Source of the DNA: Ostreococcus lucimarinus
Lineage: Eukaryota
NCBI GenBank assembly: GCA_000092065.1
Contig: CP000581.1
Direction: 5' to 3' (one strand)
Length of the DNA stretch: 64,000 nucleotides
Positions 27,776 through 39,851 of this stretch are shown piece after piece (position 1 is the first letter of the stretch; each line of letters opens with the position of its first letter). The translations under genes were made by a program, and so were the position numbers. The notes under the pieces were generated by a model, which worked only from the letters and a program-made list of their open reading frames with translations, did not search any database and was not told the DNA's origin.

Positions 27776-29635
27776 ATGGCGTCGCGCGTCGCGGCGACGC
27801 CGGCGACGCCGCGCGTCGTCTCGCGGCGCGCGGCGCGCGAGACGCGCCGCGCGCGCGCGTCGGCGCGCGCGAACGCGGGGACATCGGCGCGCGACGACGA
27901 CGTCGACGACGCGGCGACGCTGCGCGCGCTCGCCGACGAGCCCGAATCGCCCAAGGACGAGCGCGCGTCGAAGCGAGCGCTGGAGATCGTGCGCGCGGCG
28001 CGAGCGTCGAAGTCCGCGCTCGGGAGCACGAGGGCGTGGAACTCTGCGCTGCGAGCGGTCGCGCGCGCGGCGAACGAAGACGACGGGAAGGCGCGCGTGC
28101 GCGAAGTGTGGGGGTACATGCGCGATGGGAAGGTGCGGTTGAATGATTTCACGCTCGGGGAGTTGGCGCGAGGATTGTGCCGAGCATCGCGGGACGTGCC
28201 GGAGACGCTGACGACGCTGCGGGAGGCGGTGTCGCTGGGGGCGACGATGAACTCGTACGCGCTCACGACGATGTTCGCGGCTTGTAAGCGAGAGCAATAC
28301 GCATATCGCAGGGCGAAGGGGAAGTGGGCGCGCGATGAGAATAAGAAGATGATTGAGACGTTGCAGGAGGTGTGGAATGCTGGTAGGGGATATCACAACG
28401 GGTACTCGCTCGCGAACGCGATGCGAACGTTTCAATTGTCCGATCGCGAGGATCTCGCTTTGGAGATATTCAAGGAAGGCGAGGTTAAAGTATTGGACGC
28501 GCACGCTCTGCGTTGCGCGTTGCAAAGTTACGCCGCGGTGGAGGGATTGAAGAGCGCGGACGAAATGTATCGTCGCGGCAAAAAGGAAGGCGTCGTCATC
28601 GACGTCGGACACGTCAACACTTTGCTTTACGCAGCGATGGAGTCGGGCGATCACGTATACGCGACGAAAATATTTGACGATATGGTTGCGGGCGCTGAAC
28701 CATCGCCAGACGTGCTGTCGTTGGTGTACGTGTTATCAGCGTGCGCCAAGGCGAAGGAAGCCGACGTCGCGATGGAGTACTTTGAGCGCGGGTTAAAGGC
28801 GGGAATCGACTACGATATCTCCACCATCGACGCCTTGTTAAAATCGTGCGCAAAATCTGGGCGTGCCGTTGACGCGCTGGAGGTGTTCATGGACGCGACG
28901 GCTCATGGTATCAAAGTGAGAGAGTCTACAATTACTCTTTTGCTCTCGGCGTACCAAGACATCGCCGCCCAGCCCGGGCAACTGGAACAGGCGCTGACGA
29001 TCGTGGACATGGGCTTGTTTTTGAACGTTGAGCCGACCGATCGCATGGTTAAGGCACTGCTCCGCTTGTGCGTTGCGGGTGACGATCTCGATCGGGGTCG
29101 CGAGGAACTTCGCAAGGCTTGCGAACGCGGTGTGCGTGTGACGTGCTCTGCATTGAGCATTCTAGCCGAGCCGTACGCGGCTCGCGGCGATATCGACGGT
29201 GCACTGGACGTTATTCGATCAGGTAAAGGCATGGGGATCGAACTGAAATCTGGCGTGTTCATACAATGCGTCTCAGCCCGGAAAGCCCGCGGTGACGGCG
29301 ACGGCGCGCTCGTCCTGTACAAAGCGTCCAGAGACGAGTTTGATGTCGAGCCGAGCGCCCGAATCATAAACGAGCTTTTTGACGCTCTCGGACGTAAGGG
29401 GATGTGGGAAGAAGCGCTTCGAATCCTTTCCGACGACGTGCTCTCCGTGGATGGCGTCGCGCGCGCCGGCTTTAGCGAAACGGCGGTATCCCATCTAGTT
29501 CGCGCCTTCATCAACGCGGGTGATCTCGAGCAAGGCGCCGCAGCGCTCGAGATTGGTAAAATGCTCACGAATTCCGCGAACAAACTCGCCGAAGAGCGTC
29601 TGCGCGCCGCACAGAAGCGGAAGCTCAAGAGATGA
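27776..29635 (+). CDS. Pentatricopeptide repeat (PPR) protein with an organellar transit peptide
   Basis: Repeated ~35-aa helical units with the PPR/TPR-like pattern (e.g. YSLANAMRTFQLSDREDLALEIFKEG, VNTLLYAAMESGDHVYATKIFDDMVAGAEPSPDVLSLVYVLSACAKA). The presequence is Ala/Arg-rich, MASRVAATPATPRVVSRRAARETRRARASARA. The first ATG is 27776; the track begins at a TTG at 27698. Confidence 0.75.
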   Translation: MASRVAATPATPRVVSRRAARETRRARASARANAGTSARDDDVDDAATLRALADEPESPKDERASKRALEIVRAARASKSALGSTRAWNSALRAVARAANEDDGKARVREVWGYMRDGKVRLNDFTLGELARGLCRASRDVPETLTTLREAVSLGATMNSYALTTMFAACKREQYAYRRAKGKWARDENKKMIETLQEVWNAGRGYHNGYSLANAMRTFQLSDREDLALEIFKEGEVKVLDAHALRCALQSYAAVEGLKSADEMYRRGKKEGVVIDVGHVNTLLYAAMESGDHVYATKIFDDMVAGAEPSPDVLSLVYVLSACAKAKEADVAMEYFERGLKAGIDYDISTIDALLKSCAKSGRAVDALEVFMDATAHGIKVRESTITLLLSAYQDIAAQPGQLEQALTIVDMGLFLNVEPTDRMVKALLRLCVAGDDLDRGREELRKACERGVRVTCSALSILAEPYAARGDIDGALDVIRSGKGMGIELKSGVFIQCVSARKARGDGDGALVLYKASRDEFDVEPSARIINELFDALGRKGMWEEALRILSDDVLSVDGVARAGFSETAVSHLVRAFINAGDLEQGAAALEIGKMLTNSANKLAEERLRAAQKRKLKR

Positions 29636-29734
29636 CGAATTGACGCGACGCGAGGCGTTCGCGATTGTAAAATCAAAGCAATGCAGCCACACTTCGCCAC
29701 ACCCGCGCGCGTTTCACCGCGCATCTACGCGAGC

Positions 29735-31624
29735 ATGTCGAACGATGACCCCCCGGCGTCATCCGCCGCTGCGGCTGCGCCACCCGACGACGACGGCGCC
29801 GCCGCAGGCGACTGGCTCTTCGCCGCGCCGCCTCCCAAAACGAAGAAGCGAAAGACGCTCGCGCACGAGTCCGTCTACCTCGACGCGCTGCCCTCGGCGT
29901 CGATGTACGAACGATCGTTCATGCACCGCGACACCGTGACGCACGTCGCGTTCGCGACGACGCACGATTTCTTCGTCACGGCTTCAATCGATGGACACTT
30001 GAAGTTTTGGAAGAAGCGACACCGCGGCGTGGAGTTTGTGAAGCACTTTCGAGCGCACGCGAGCGAGATCCTCGGATTGAGCGTGAGCGCAGATGGAGGG
30101 ATGTGCGCGACGATCGGGAGCGATAATACGTGCAAGATATTCGATGTGGTGAACTTTGACATGTTGTTGATGCTGAAGCTGCCGTACGCGCCGACGGCGT
30201 GCGAGTTCGTGTTTCGAAGAGGAGATGCCGTCCACGCACTCGCGATCGGGGACGATGCGGGAACGATCCGAGTGTACGATGCGCTGTCGTCAAGCGCAGA
30301 GCCAGTGAAGACGTTGGATAAGTTGCACAGATCGAGAATCACGGCGTTGCGATACAACTCGGCGCGCGAATGCGTCATCTCCGCCGAGGAGAAGGGAGCG
30401 TTGGAGTACTGGTCATCGCGACCAGAGGACGATTACGCGGCGCTGACGAGCTCCAACCACGCGAAAATTGAGTTTAGATACAAATTAGACACAGATCTTT
30501 ATGCCTTGGCCAAGGTAAAGACGGCGGCGTACGCCCTCGAGGTGAGCGCCGACGGCGAAAAGTTTAGCACAACTGGCCCAGACAGGCGAGTGCGAGTGTT
30601 CCGATGGAAGACTGGCAAGTTGATTAAAGACATAGACGAATCCTTGGAAGGCGCGGAGGACGTTCAACGGAGTGGGATCGAGAAGTACGTGCTCGAGGAT
30701 ATAGATTTCGGAAGACGATTGGCCATCGAACGCGAATTGACGAAGTCGCTCGAAAAGCACGCGTGGCCGAATGCTATCTTTGACGAAAGCGGAAACTTCC
30801 TCATTTACGCCTCGCACTTGGGTATCAAGGTGGTAAACCTAGTGACGAATCAGTGTCCACGAATTATCGGTAAAGTGGAGAACACGGAACGATTTACTCG
30901 CTTGGCGTTGTTTCAAGGCGTGCCGCAAAAAGACAAACGAGCGAGAGGTTCAGGCAAAGACGTCAAAGTAGCCGAGAAAGACCCCACGATCGTGGCGTGT
31001 GCATTCAACAAGGTTCGTATGTATATATTTTCTAGTCACGAACCGGAAGAAGGCGACGATGCAGCGACTGGACGCGACGTGTTTAACGAAAAACCACGCG
31101 CGGAAGAGCTACTCGCGGCGTCGGCGCTGCCATCCGCGGGCGCGGGCGTGGCGACGAGCGCGGTGATTCACACGACGCTTGGTGATATTCACGTTCAGTT
31201 CTTCCCGAACGAGTGCCCGAGGACTTGCGAAAACTTCAGCACGCACGCGCGAAACGGTTACTACGACGGTATAGTCTTCCATCGAGTGATAAAGAACTTT
31301 ATGGTTCAAACCGGCGATCCGCTCGGCGACGGCACTGGCGGCCAGTCTATATGGGGTGGCGAGTTCGAGGATGAAATCGTTCGTGACTTGCGCCACGATC
31401 GGCCATTCACCGTATCCATGGCAAATGCCGGCCCGAATACCAACGGGTCGCAGTTTTTCATCACCACCGTCGCCACACCCTGGCTCGACGGCAAGCATAC
31501 AGTCTTCGGACGCGTCACGCGGGGCTCTGACGTCGTGCAAGCAATCGAAAATACGAAGTGCGACAAGCACGACAAGCCTTTAGAAGACATCACGATGCTG
31601 AGCATCAAGCTCAACTACAATTGA
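29735..31624 (+). CDS. Peptidylprolyl isomerase domain and WD repeat-containing protein (PPWD1/CYP71-like): N-terminal WD40 + C-terminal cyclophilin
   Basis: WD40 repeats ([29 protein letters not shown]) and a complete cyclophilin domain ([23 protein letters not shown]...[22 protein letters not shown]...[18 protein letters not shown]...[11 protein letters not shown]). Possible starts are 29681 or 29735 (MSNDDPP). Confidence 0.9.
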   Translation: MSNDDPPASSAAAAAPPDDDGAAAGDWLFAAPPPKTKKRKTLAHESVYLDALPSASMYERSFMHRDTVTHVAFATTHDFFVTASIDGHLKFWKKRHRGVEFVKHFRAHASEILGLSVSADGGMCATIGSDNTCKIFDVVNFDMLLMLKLPYAPTACEFVFRRGDAVHALAIGDDAGTIRVYDALSSSAEPVKTLDKLHRSRITALRYNSARECVISAEEKGALEYWSSRPEDDYAALTSSNHAKIEFRYKLDTDLYALAKVKTAAYALEVSADGEKFSTTGPDRRVRVFRWKTGKLIKDIDESLEGAEDVQRSGIEKYVLEDIDFGRRLAIERELTKSLEKHAWPNAIFDESGNFLIYASHLGIKVVNLVTNQCPRIIGKVENTERFTRLALFQGVPQKDKRARGSGKDVKVAEKDPTIVACAFNKVRMYIFSSHEPEEGDDAATGRDVFNEKPRAEELLAASALPSAGAGVATSAVIHTTLGDIHVQFFPNECPRTCENFSTHARNGYYDGIVFHRVIKNFMVQTGDPLGDGTGGQSIWGGEFEDEIVRDLRHDRPFTVSMANAGPNTNGSQFFITTVATPWLDGKHTVFGRVTRGSDVVQAIENTKCDKHDKPLEDITMLSIKLNYN

Positions 31625-31668
31625 TTCAGCGCTATTAAGCAAACTCAGTGTTGTTACAACAAACATTT

Positions 31669-32964
31669 CTAACTCTTTTGCAACTCGTCGTAAAGACTAT
31701 TGGCGGCTGAGCGCAACGTCGATCCAACACGACTGGCGACATTCTTCACAGCGTGCAAATCGTTCTTCGCGGCGAGTGACATTTTTTGCATGAGATCGCG
31801 CGCACTCAAATCGGTGTCGTCACCGTCGAACCCATCAAATCTCCCGTCGCGCTGGCCGTACTGGTTTGACGACGCCGAACTCATGTTGCCGTAATTGCCG
31901 TACGAAGAACTGTTCGCTGCTGGCGATGAGTATCTTCCCGCAGAAGCTTGTGGAGCTTGTGCGCCTTGCGTATTGTGCAAACCGTAACGCGGATCTGGGT
32001 TGGTGTAGTAGTTCGGTCTGTAAGTCCCGCTTGGACTCGACTTCTGTTGTTGCGGCGCGCTCGAGGTGAACTTGGGATTGAGCAATGTCACGTGCCCATC
32101 AGCCGAGCGACCAATGTTCGAAGGCTTCTTCACTTCGACCGGCGCCGGCGCCGGCGGTGCGACGGCGGGCGCTGGGGGCGACACGACGGTGACTTCTTCT
32201 TCATCCGATTGCTCGCCCATTGCCGGTTCCTCTTCTTCCGCCAGCGGTTCGGTTGAAGTAAAGCCCGGCGAAGTCGCAGGCGCCTTTGCCATCGCTCCCG
32301 GCCCAGTTTTCGTCTTCGGTAAGCTCATCATCGGCCGTTTCGCGAAAATCGAACTTCTCGGCTTCGACGGTAATGGTTTCTTCACCTCTACCGCGCGTTT
32401 CACCGCCACTTCCGCCGGTTTCGACTCCACCACCTTCTTCGCCGCCGCCGGCGCGGCTTCCTTCTCGGCGAGTTTGAAAAAGTCATCCTCCTCCAACACG
32501 TCCCCCCCCCGTGGCGATCTCGGCGACGTCGGCGCCTCCCCACTCGACCTCAACGCCTCGACCTCCTTCGCGATCTGTTTCGCGTACAACATCGCCGCTC
32601 GAGACGTATACTTTTGCCCGATGCGTCCTCGTTCCGCCGCGCTCCACCCGTGCTTTGAAAAAAACGCCCTCGCCTTATCGTTCCCTTTCGTCACCCTGAA
32701 CACGTCCAGCTCGTTCGCGCTCCACCGATCCATGTTCGCGCTCTTCACCATGCTCACGTGCACCCCGAGCGATCGATGGACGCCCGAGCAGTCGAGACAG
32801 ACGAAGACGCCAAAGTTTTTCGACGTCCACTTCGGGCACGGCGATCCGCAATCGAAGCACGCACGATTACCACCCTTGCGCAGGAGCGCGCCGAACAGTG
32901 CATCGCGCGCGGCGTCGTCGATCGCCTTCGCGTTCGCGGCGTCGGCGCGCTCGGGCGGCGCCAT
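31669..32964 (-). CDS. ADP-ribosylation factor GTPase-activating protein (ArfGAP, Glo3/ArfGAP2-3-like)
   Basis: N-terminal ArfGAP zinc finger [47 protein letters not shown], followed by a low-complexity tail. Confidence 0.85.
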   Translation of the reverse strand: MAPPERADAANAKAIDDAARDALFGALLRKGGNRACFDCGSPCPKWTSKNFGVFVCLDCSGVHRSLGVHVSMVKSANMDRWSANELDVFRVTKGNDKARAFFSKHGWSAAERGRIGQKYTSRAAMLYAKQIAKEVEALRSSGEAPTSPRSPRGGDVLEEDDFFKLAEKEAAPAAAKKVVESKPAEVAVKRAVEVKKPLPSKPRSSIFAKRPMMSLPKTKTGPGAMAKAPATSPGFTSTEPLAEEEEPAMGEQSDEEEVTVVSPPAPAVAPPAPAPVEVKKPSNIGRSADGHVTLLNPKFTSSAPQQQKSSPSGTYRPNYYTNPDPRYGLHNTQGAQAPQASAGRYSSPAANSSSYGNYGNMSSASSNQYGQRDGRFDGFDGDDTDLSARDLMQKMSLAAKNDLHAVKNVASRVGSTLRSAANSLYDELQKS

Positions 32965-33102
32965 GTTCGCGTCGTCGCGTGCCGCGCGGCGAGATCGAAT
33001 CGACGATCCGTAACCGTAACACGGACCACCGCCCGACGTTCGAATTCAAATCGCGACAGCTCGACGACGCACACGGCGACGCGCGCGCCATCGCCCGGCG
33101 CG

Positions 33103-36100
33103 ATGACGACGACGACGATCGCGCGGTGCGTCGAACTCGCGGACGAACTCCGTCGTGGGTCCGCGCAAGGCGGCGATGGTCGCGCGAAACGAGGCGCGAC
33201 GACGCGCGATGCGGCGACGGTGTTGGAGGTGCGGCGATGCGATTTGAATCTCGCGCGCGCGCGATCGCGCGCGCGCGACGCGACGCGCGCGCGGTCGGGC
33301 GAGGACGGCGCGCGAGGGGCGAAGGACGATTTGACTGACGATGCGGTGTCGCGGAACGGCGACGATGACGCGCGACGGTAGGCGTTGGCGGACGCGCTGA
33401 GCAAGGTGGACCAGGGCGGGGAGGGCGCGAAGGCGCTCGAGTCGACGACGAAGACGCTCACGACGCGGAAGATGATGACGAACGAGAGTAAGAAGGTTCG
33501 GGTGTTGACGGCGCTGTGCGTGTCGGATATCATGCGCGTGTGCGCGCCGGAGGCGCCGATTGCGGGGGATGAGGCGATGCGAGACGTGTACGAATTGTTC
33601 TTGGACGCGCTGGGGAGTTTGAAATCCATCGAGAGCGAGGAATTCGAAGCGGCGAAGAGTTTGTTGGTGAACGTGGCGAACATTGGGCTGTGCGTGCCGA
33701 TGTTGGATTTGGAGTGCGCCGGCGCGGAGACGCTCGTGCGCGATCTGTTCAAGGTTTTACTGGACGCGGTGAACGCGGCCAACTCGACCACGGTGACGGA
33801 AGAAATCAGCAAGGTGCTATCGACGATGATTGAAGAAAGCTCGGACGAGGACACTCCGGTGCCTTCTGACGTGACGTTTGAGGTGTTGTCGCGGTTGATT
33901 GATCCCGTGCGCACGGAGAATCCGGCGTCGTACATGTTAGCGGGCGAACTCGTTCGAAAGTGCGAGCATCAGCTGCACACGCCGATTCAGACGTTTTTGA
34001 CGCAGGCGATGCATGGACTCGTGGATGAAGACGACGCGCTCGCGTCCTTGAGTAAACGTCACGTGGATATCATCGAAGAAATCGCGGTATGCGATCCCAC
34101 GGCGCTCGTCACCGTATGGCCTTCGGTGACGGACGATTTGCAGGCGGATGATTTGAGCACGCGACTGCGAGCGGTGAAGCTCTTCCGTCGAGTGTTCGCG
34201 TACGAGGGATCAACAACGGCCGAGGATTACCCGCACTTGCTGCTCGAGTTCGTTCGTCGATTTAACGACAAGGCGGTTGAAGTTCGCGCGGAAATGATCA
34301 AGTGGAGCTCGAAGTTTTTGAAGACACGCGTCGATCCAAACGCCGCGCTCACCTCTGTGCCGGCGGCGACCGTCATGAAGCAACTACGAGAGCGTTTACA
34401 TGATTTCGACGACACGATTCGTACGGCGTCCATCAACGCGTTGTGTGACGTGTTAGACAAACCGACTTCGACTGAGATTTTCCCGCATGATCTCGTTCTT
34501 GAGATCGGTGAACGCATCAAGGACAAGAAATCGGGGGTGCGAAAGACGGCGCTGAAACGCTTGTGCATCGCGTACCGCGCGTACGCGCAACGCTGCGCCG
34601 ATGACGTGCCGGCTTGGGAAATGAAACGATTTGACTGGATCCCGGGCGCTCTTCTGCGTGCTATCACGATTCCAGATGTGCGCTTACACGTCGTCGAGCC
34701 CGTGCTCGCGATGCTTTTCCCGGCCAAGATGTCCGCCGACTTGCGCAGCACCTTCTGGCTGCGCGCTTTGAACCTCGCCGACGCGTTCACCGTTCGATGC
34801 TTGAAGCATTTCTTGCTCGCCAAGTCTCGTATTCAAGCCGACATGCGTGAGTACTTGCTCCTTCGTTCGAAACTGAGCAAGATGAACAAGAAGGAAGGCG
34901 ACGCTGCGTTGACGAAGATCGTAGACGCCATCAAGGTGCACTTTCCGGATAAGCAAAAGGCGAAAACGGCGATGATGGCGTTACATGCGCAGAAAGATGG
35001 GAATGTTTTCAGATGCATTCAAACTATGTTGAATCCGGAGACTTCTTTCGCGAACGCGGTGAAGGCTGAAGAGGACGCCACAAAGCGTGCGAAGTCTAGT
35101 TCACAAGCGGTGGATCAAGAATTCATTAAGACACTATTGTTGAAGATCCAGTCCGCGCCGTTTGGACGTGAGCACGTGCGCGGCACCCTCAAGGCCGCAT
35201 GTAAGGCTACTCGAGCCGCGCAAACGTCAAAGAACACCAGCACCCCTCAAGGAGTTGTCGTCGCACTCGAACACTTGTGCATTCTCGCTGAAACATTCCC
35301 CAAACTGTTCTCCGGATGTGGCGATGAGATTGACGAATTACTCGATGCTAATGATCAATTGACGGTTACATCTACGTGCAAGGTTGTTTCAGAAGCCGCG
35401 GCGGCGCTCAAAGTAACTCCTCGCCGAGGGTCGATTTGGGAAAAGTTGAAGGTGAAGTGCTCGAGCGGCGATCGAAAGCAAGCCAAGTTGGCGACGAAGG
35501 CGCTCGGTTTGTTACAAATGGATCTCGACGAGCGAATCGATGCCACTGATATCATCGCTGGAGCGACTGCCGGGCAGTTGAGCGATGTTTATCTCCATAT
35601 CGTCGAACTTCTCGCCGAAGACTTGGTCGCCGACTCTGATCTCCCCGCCGTGCTCGGCGCCGTCGGCAGCATCGGCACTTTGCACCAGCAAATCTTCATG
35701 TTACAACTCGCCGAAGTCGAGCAGTACGTGGTCCACACCCTTTTGACGCGTCCACCACCAACGGGCCGCATCGCCGTCGGTGTCGTGAGCGATCTCGCGA
35801 CTTTGCAAGCGTATGGTTTGAAGGCGCTTGCCAAGGCGGCGGCGCATCGTTCCGCCGCCGATACCGTCGAGTCCTCCTTCACTACACGCGTGATCGAGCT
35901 GCTCCATAGCTATGCCGATATCGACTCTTACAAGAATGATGGTATGTTTGCGGAATACTCAGGCACAGATGCTGCGCATTTGCGATTCACCGCATGCAAG
36001 GCAATGCTTGGTATTTCTCGCAACGCGGCGATTGGCTTGGTCAAACCCGACGCCTGGATTTGCGTCTCCATGTTCTTGCATCAGTGTGAGTCCGCGACGA

Positions 36101-37266
36101 TGCGCCGCGAAATGGTCGCTAAGTTGAAGAGTGGTCTTGTCGTGCGCCCGGGCGAACGAATGCTCTCCATGATGTGGGCAGCGACGCTCGCGCTCGCGCT
36201 CGTCGACAAGGACAAGAGCGTGCGCGACTCGGCCAACGATGTGTTTGCGAACTGGGTCGCGGCTCAACGGCAAAGATCTGCGGCGATTGCGGCGCAAGCG
36301 GCTACAAAGAAAACCAACGATGACCCATCGCAAAAGTTTTTGATCGTCCACATGCCCGAGTACGTGCTTGTGTACATGGTGTTCCTTCTGACGCGCCACC
36401 CGCTCGCTCCGAAGACTGCAGAGGAAGGCATGGAGGAGCGCGGGCAGAAGTGGCGTCAAGTGCAGCTGATCATGTCCGCCGCCATTTCTTCTCTGACGCA
36501 CGGTACGAATGGTGATGCAATTCCCGTCACGTGCAAGATGCTACGCCGTTTGAAGACGACGCTCGATAAGGTGAATCCGGGCAACTCGGATTTGATTTAC
36601 TCGCTGAGCGATTTAGCGTTGTTCCTCGTCGTCGATCAGGCCGGCACGAAGGGCTGGGATACGAGTAAGTTTCCTGGACACGTGGTGTATCCGGCACAGC
36701 TTTACAAGACGACGCAGTTTATGGCGAGTGGTCCTCCAGCGAAAGAAGGTGCGCAGCCCGGTCTCGGCGATTACAGTCACTTGCCACGCGGTTACGTTAT
36801 CGTGCGTTCGGTGCCGATCGCATCAACGTCGACCACAACCGCCAAGACGAACGCAAAGGCTACTCAGAAACGATCGCGAAGCAAATCTTCGTCTGCGGCG
36901 ACGACGAGCAAGAGTGCGAAGACGCTGAAGCAAACCAAGTTGTCATTCGCAGCGGGAACTCGAGCGATGCCCGAGCGCACCGCGCGAAGAGACGCCGTCG
37001 TCGACGTCGGCGATCGCGACATTGACAATGAATTCGATGATGAGTACGAAAGTGAAGATGACTACGACGAAATTGACGCGAACACGGCGCTTGTCGTTGT
37101 GTCGTCGCCGCCGACCTCGCCTGGGCCGTTGTCGGAAAACACCACTGCGCACACGCAAGCTAGAAAACGCAAGGTCGACAAAGCGCCTCGCGCGTCGGAC
37201 TTGGACGAACCCATGGTCAGTGCCGTGGACCCCGAGGAAAAACGCTCGAGAAGACGACGAAGATAA
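33103..37266 (+). CDS. PDS5: Sister chromatid cohesion protein PDS5 homolog. Two exons 33103..33228 and 33382..37266; intron 33229..33381 (GTGCGG...TAG, 153 bp)
   Basis: HEAT-repeat protein collinear with PDS5 (KKVRVLTALCVSDIMRVCAPEAP ~ [40 protein letters not shown]). The track ORF starts at a TTG right after an in-frame TAG (33379-81). GACTGAC sits 43 nt upstream of that TAG. An upstream exon MTTTTIARCVELADELRR...DAATVLE in the same frame ends in GAG|GTGCGG. Joined, the N-terminus resembles plant PDS5 (LVKLLKQAATCLSELDQ ~ VLEALADALSKVDQ). Confidence 0.8.
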
Positions 37267-37365
37267 ACGCACGACAATAATGTACCAGATAACGACACGT
37301 TAGACAACTAGATGAACGCCCGATAGATTTTTGACATGTACGAAAATGATATTACACAACCATCG

Positions 37366-38367
37366 TTACAGACGCGTCGACCACTCGTTGGTCGACTCGC
37401 TCTTGAATTTGTCTCCAAAAATGTGCAAGAAGACGCCGACCGCGCCTAATCCTGAGCACAAGCTTCCGGCCAAAAAGTAACAGGCTGGAAATACGAGGTT
37501 GCGTCCGCCGATCCAACTGTTTGTCGCCAATACAACGGCCTTTTCACCGTTAAACTTGTACGTGTTGTAGCGATTCTGTATCGTAAACGTGATCGTGTCG
37601 CCCTTGGCAATATCCGCATTGATCACGCCGACGAGTTTACGGAACTTACTCAGCGCCGCAGTGCGCATCCACGTCGCGAAGTCTTCGTCTGTGTCGACGT
37701 TGCCCGTAATCTGCCCCCCACCGCGAGTCGCTTGATCCGTATTCATATTCGTCGGTGCGTAATCCCCGAGCTTATACTTCAGATCCGATTTCCACGCGAT
37801 GTTCGCAGAGTCGATGGTCGTCGCCGCGCCGTTCACCGCCACCGCGTACGAATCGTTGAAAAAACTCCACGCCTGCACGCCGCAAGGGCTAATCTCGGCC
37901 CCCGCCGACGTCTTTTCGTGCGTCGTGCACAAGCCTTGAGACGGTTTCCCCATCAATTGGAAGTAATCCAAGTCCCTCACGAACGCGCGATGATTCTGGA
38001 AAAAGTTGCTCAATTCGTAGTACACGTACACCGGCTTGTTCATGTTCGACTTCGCCGTGAGCGTCACCGTGCACGTCGTCCCCGCGCCGTTAAACGACAT
38101 TTGCATCGCCTGTTCCGCCGAGGTCGGGAAAAATCCGCTCGCGCACGTCGCCGCGTCGTCGTATCTCTTCACCAGCGTGCGCAGATCGTTGGCGGTGTTG
38201 AAGATCGCCGCACCGACGGCGAAACACGCGACGCCGATGCTGATCATCAACTTCGCCGTGAGCGCGGGCGTGAGCGCCGGTCGCCTGGCCCAGAGCTGCT
38301 GCTGCGAGAACGCGCTGAACGCGGGCTTGCGCGACGTCGGCGCGGTCGTCCGCGCGGCGCCGGCCAT
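37366..38367 (-). CDS. CDC50/LEM3 family protein (ALIS-like beta subunit of P4-type lipid flippase)
   Basis: Signature SAFSQQQLWARRPALTP and two TM helices flanking a large ectodomain with conserved Cys and N-glycosylation-like sites. Full-length, ~333 aa. Confidence 0.85.
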   Translation of the reverse strand: MAGAARTTAPTSRKPAFSAFSQQQLWARRPALTPALTAKLMISIGVACFAVGAAIFNTANDLRTLVKRYDDAATCASGFFPTSAEQAMQMSFNGAGTTCTVTLTAKSNMNKPVYVYYELSNFFQNHRAFVRDLDYFQLMGKPSQGLCTTHEKTSAGAEISPCGVQAWSFFNDSYAVAVNGAATTIDSANIAWKSDLKYKLGDYAPTNMNTDQATRGGGQITGNVDTDEDFATWMRTAALSKFRKLVGVINADIAKGDTITFTIQNRYNTYKFNGEKAVVLATNSWIGGRNLVFPACYFLAGSLCSGLGAVGVFLHIFGDKFKSESTNEWSTRL

Positions 38368-38477
38368 CGCGCGCGAGTCGATATCGTCGCGAAATCGCGT
38401 CGCCGAATGCGGAAGCCGTTGCGAGCCCCGCCGCGGGCTCGCTCCGCACTCGCGCGCGCGCGGTCGTCGCGCTCGCG

Positions 38478-39752
38478 ATGAGCGAACACAAGAAACTGAT
38501 GCGGATGACCGCGCGAGCGTTCTACGCCACGAGCTACGCGCGCGAACGCCTCAACGCGCGCGCGGTGGCGCCGAAACCGACGACGTCGACCGACAAAGCC
38601 AACTCTGGGGACGTCGCGATGATGGACGTGGGCGCCGCGCCGAGCGCGGTCAAGGCGCCGGTGGTGGATAAAAAGACGAAGATCGATGATCCGCGCGTCG
38701 TGGAGGTGGTCGTGGACGCGCTGACGCGACGGACGTGGACGAGAGAGGATGATTTAGCGAACGATCTCAAGTTGAGTTTCAAGCAAGTGCGCAAGTTGTT
38801 GACGTACCTCGAGCGAGAGAAGCTCGTATCGCGGGCGCACGTTCGGGAGAAGGATAAGGCGCGCGCGCAGGCGTTGGCGGAGCGTGGGATAACGGATGCG
38901 CCGGACGTGAAGAAGACGGTGAGTTGGTGCTCGTTGAATTACGGACGCGCGCTCGACGTGACGAGGTATCGGCTGCACGTGATGAAGAAGCAGGCGAGAC
39001 AACGCGTGGATAAGGGCAAGATACACGAGGTGTACGTGTGCGTCGGGCCGACGGAATTTTGTGGGAAGATTTACTCGAGCTTGGACGCGGCGGCGCTGTT
39101 GGATCCGGTGGAGATGGTTTTCAAGTGCTCGAATTGCGGGTGCGAGGTGCGGCAGGCGGGGAAGGACGGGGCGCCTGAACCGGAGGGTGCGGCGAGAGAG
39201 ACCAAAGAAAGCTTGCAGCGGCGATACGACGAACTCGAGCGCCAATTTAAGCCCTTGGAGGCGCAGCTTGCGAAGGCGATGAAGACACCGGCGCCGTTGT
39301 ACGGGACGTTGACGGAGTGGGCGGTGGCGAGAAAGCGATACTCTCAAAACAAGGGCGGCGGCGGCGGTGGCGGCGGTGGGCGGCGAGGCGGTGCCGCACT
39401 CGATGTGCACCTCGAGGAGACTAAATTTGTCGTCGAACTCGGGTCCACGGCGGAGGAACAACAGAAGCAGGCCGAGATTGACGCCATAAAGGTTCAACCA
39501 GAGTGGGTGACGCGCAACCAATTCGAGAAGGAGGATGCCGCGCAGGGCGCCGCGGCGAACGGCGAAGATGCGAAGGATGCGGCGGCGAAACCAACGGCAG
39601 ATAATGAAGTGCAAGAGCAATACCTGCAAGCTTTGCTCTCAGCACTACAAAAACAGCAGGGCGGAAAGAAGCCCGAAGACAAAAAGGAAGAGGTGGCGGC
39701 TGACGTCGCCGCTGCCGTCGACGATATGTTCGACGAGTGGGAGGACGTGTGA
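38478..39752 (+). CDS. General transcription factor IIE subunit alpha (TFIIE-alpha/TFA1)
   Basis: N-terminal winged helix (RAFYATSYA...VVEVVVDALTRRTWTREDDLANDLKLSFKQVRKLLTYLEREKLV), a zinc ribbon (YVCVGPTEFCGKIY...FKCSNCGCEV) and an acidic C-terminus. Confidence 0.8.
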   Translation: MSEHKKLMRMTARAFYATSYARERLNARAVAPKPTTSTDKANSGDVAMMDVGAAPSAVKAPVVDKKTKIDDPRVVEVVVDALTRRTWTREDDLANDLKLSFKQVRKLLTYLEREKLVSRAHVREKDKARAQALAERGITDAPDVKKTVSWCSLNYGRALDVTRYRLHVMKKQARQRVDKGKIHEVYVCVGPTEFCGKIYSSLDAAALLDPVEMVFKCSNCGCEVRQAGKDGAPEPEGAARETKESLQRRYDELERQFKPLEAQLAKAMKTPAPLYGTLTEWAVARKRYSQNKGGGGGGGGGRRGGAALDVHLEETKFVVELGSTAEEQQKQAEIDAIKVQPEWVTRNQFEKEDAAQGAAANGEDAKDAAAKPTADNEVQEQYLQALLSALQKQQGGKKPEDKKEEVAADVAAAVDDMFDEWEDV

Positions 39753-39851
39753 CCACGCTGTGCTCGTTCTAATCAAGATTGATTTAGCTATCATCAATAC
39801 CGATCTGATTTAGACTACACTGTACGTTGATTTTGTTACACACGCGCGATG

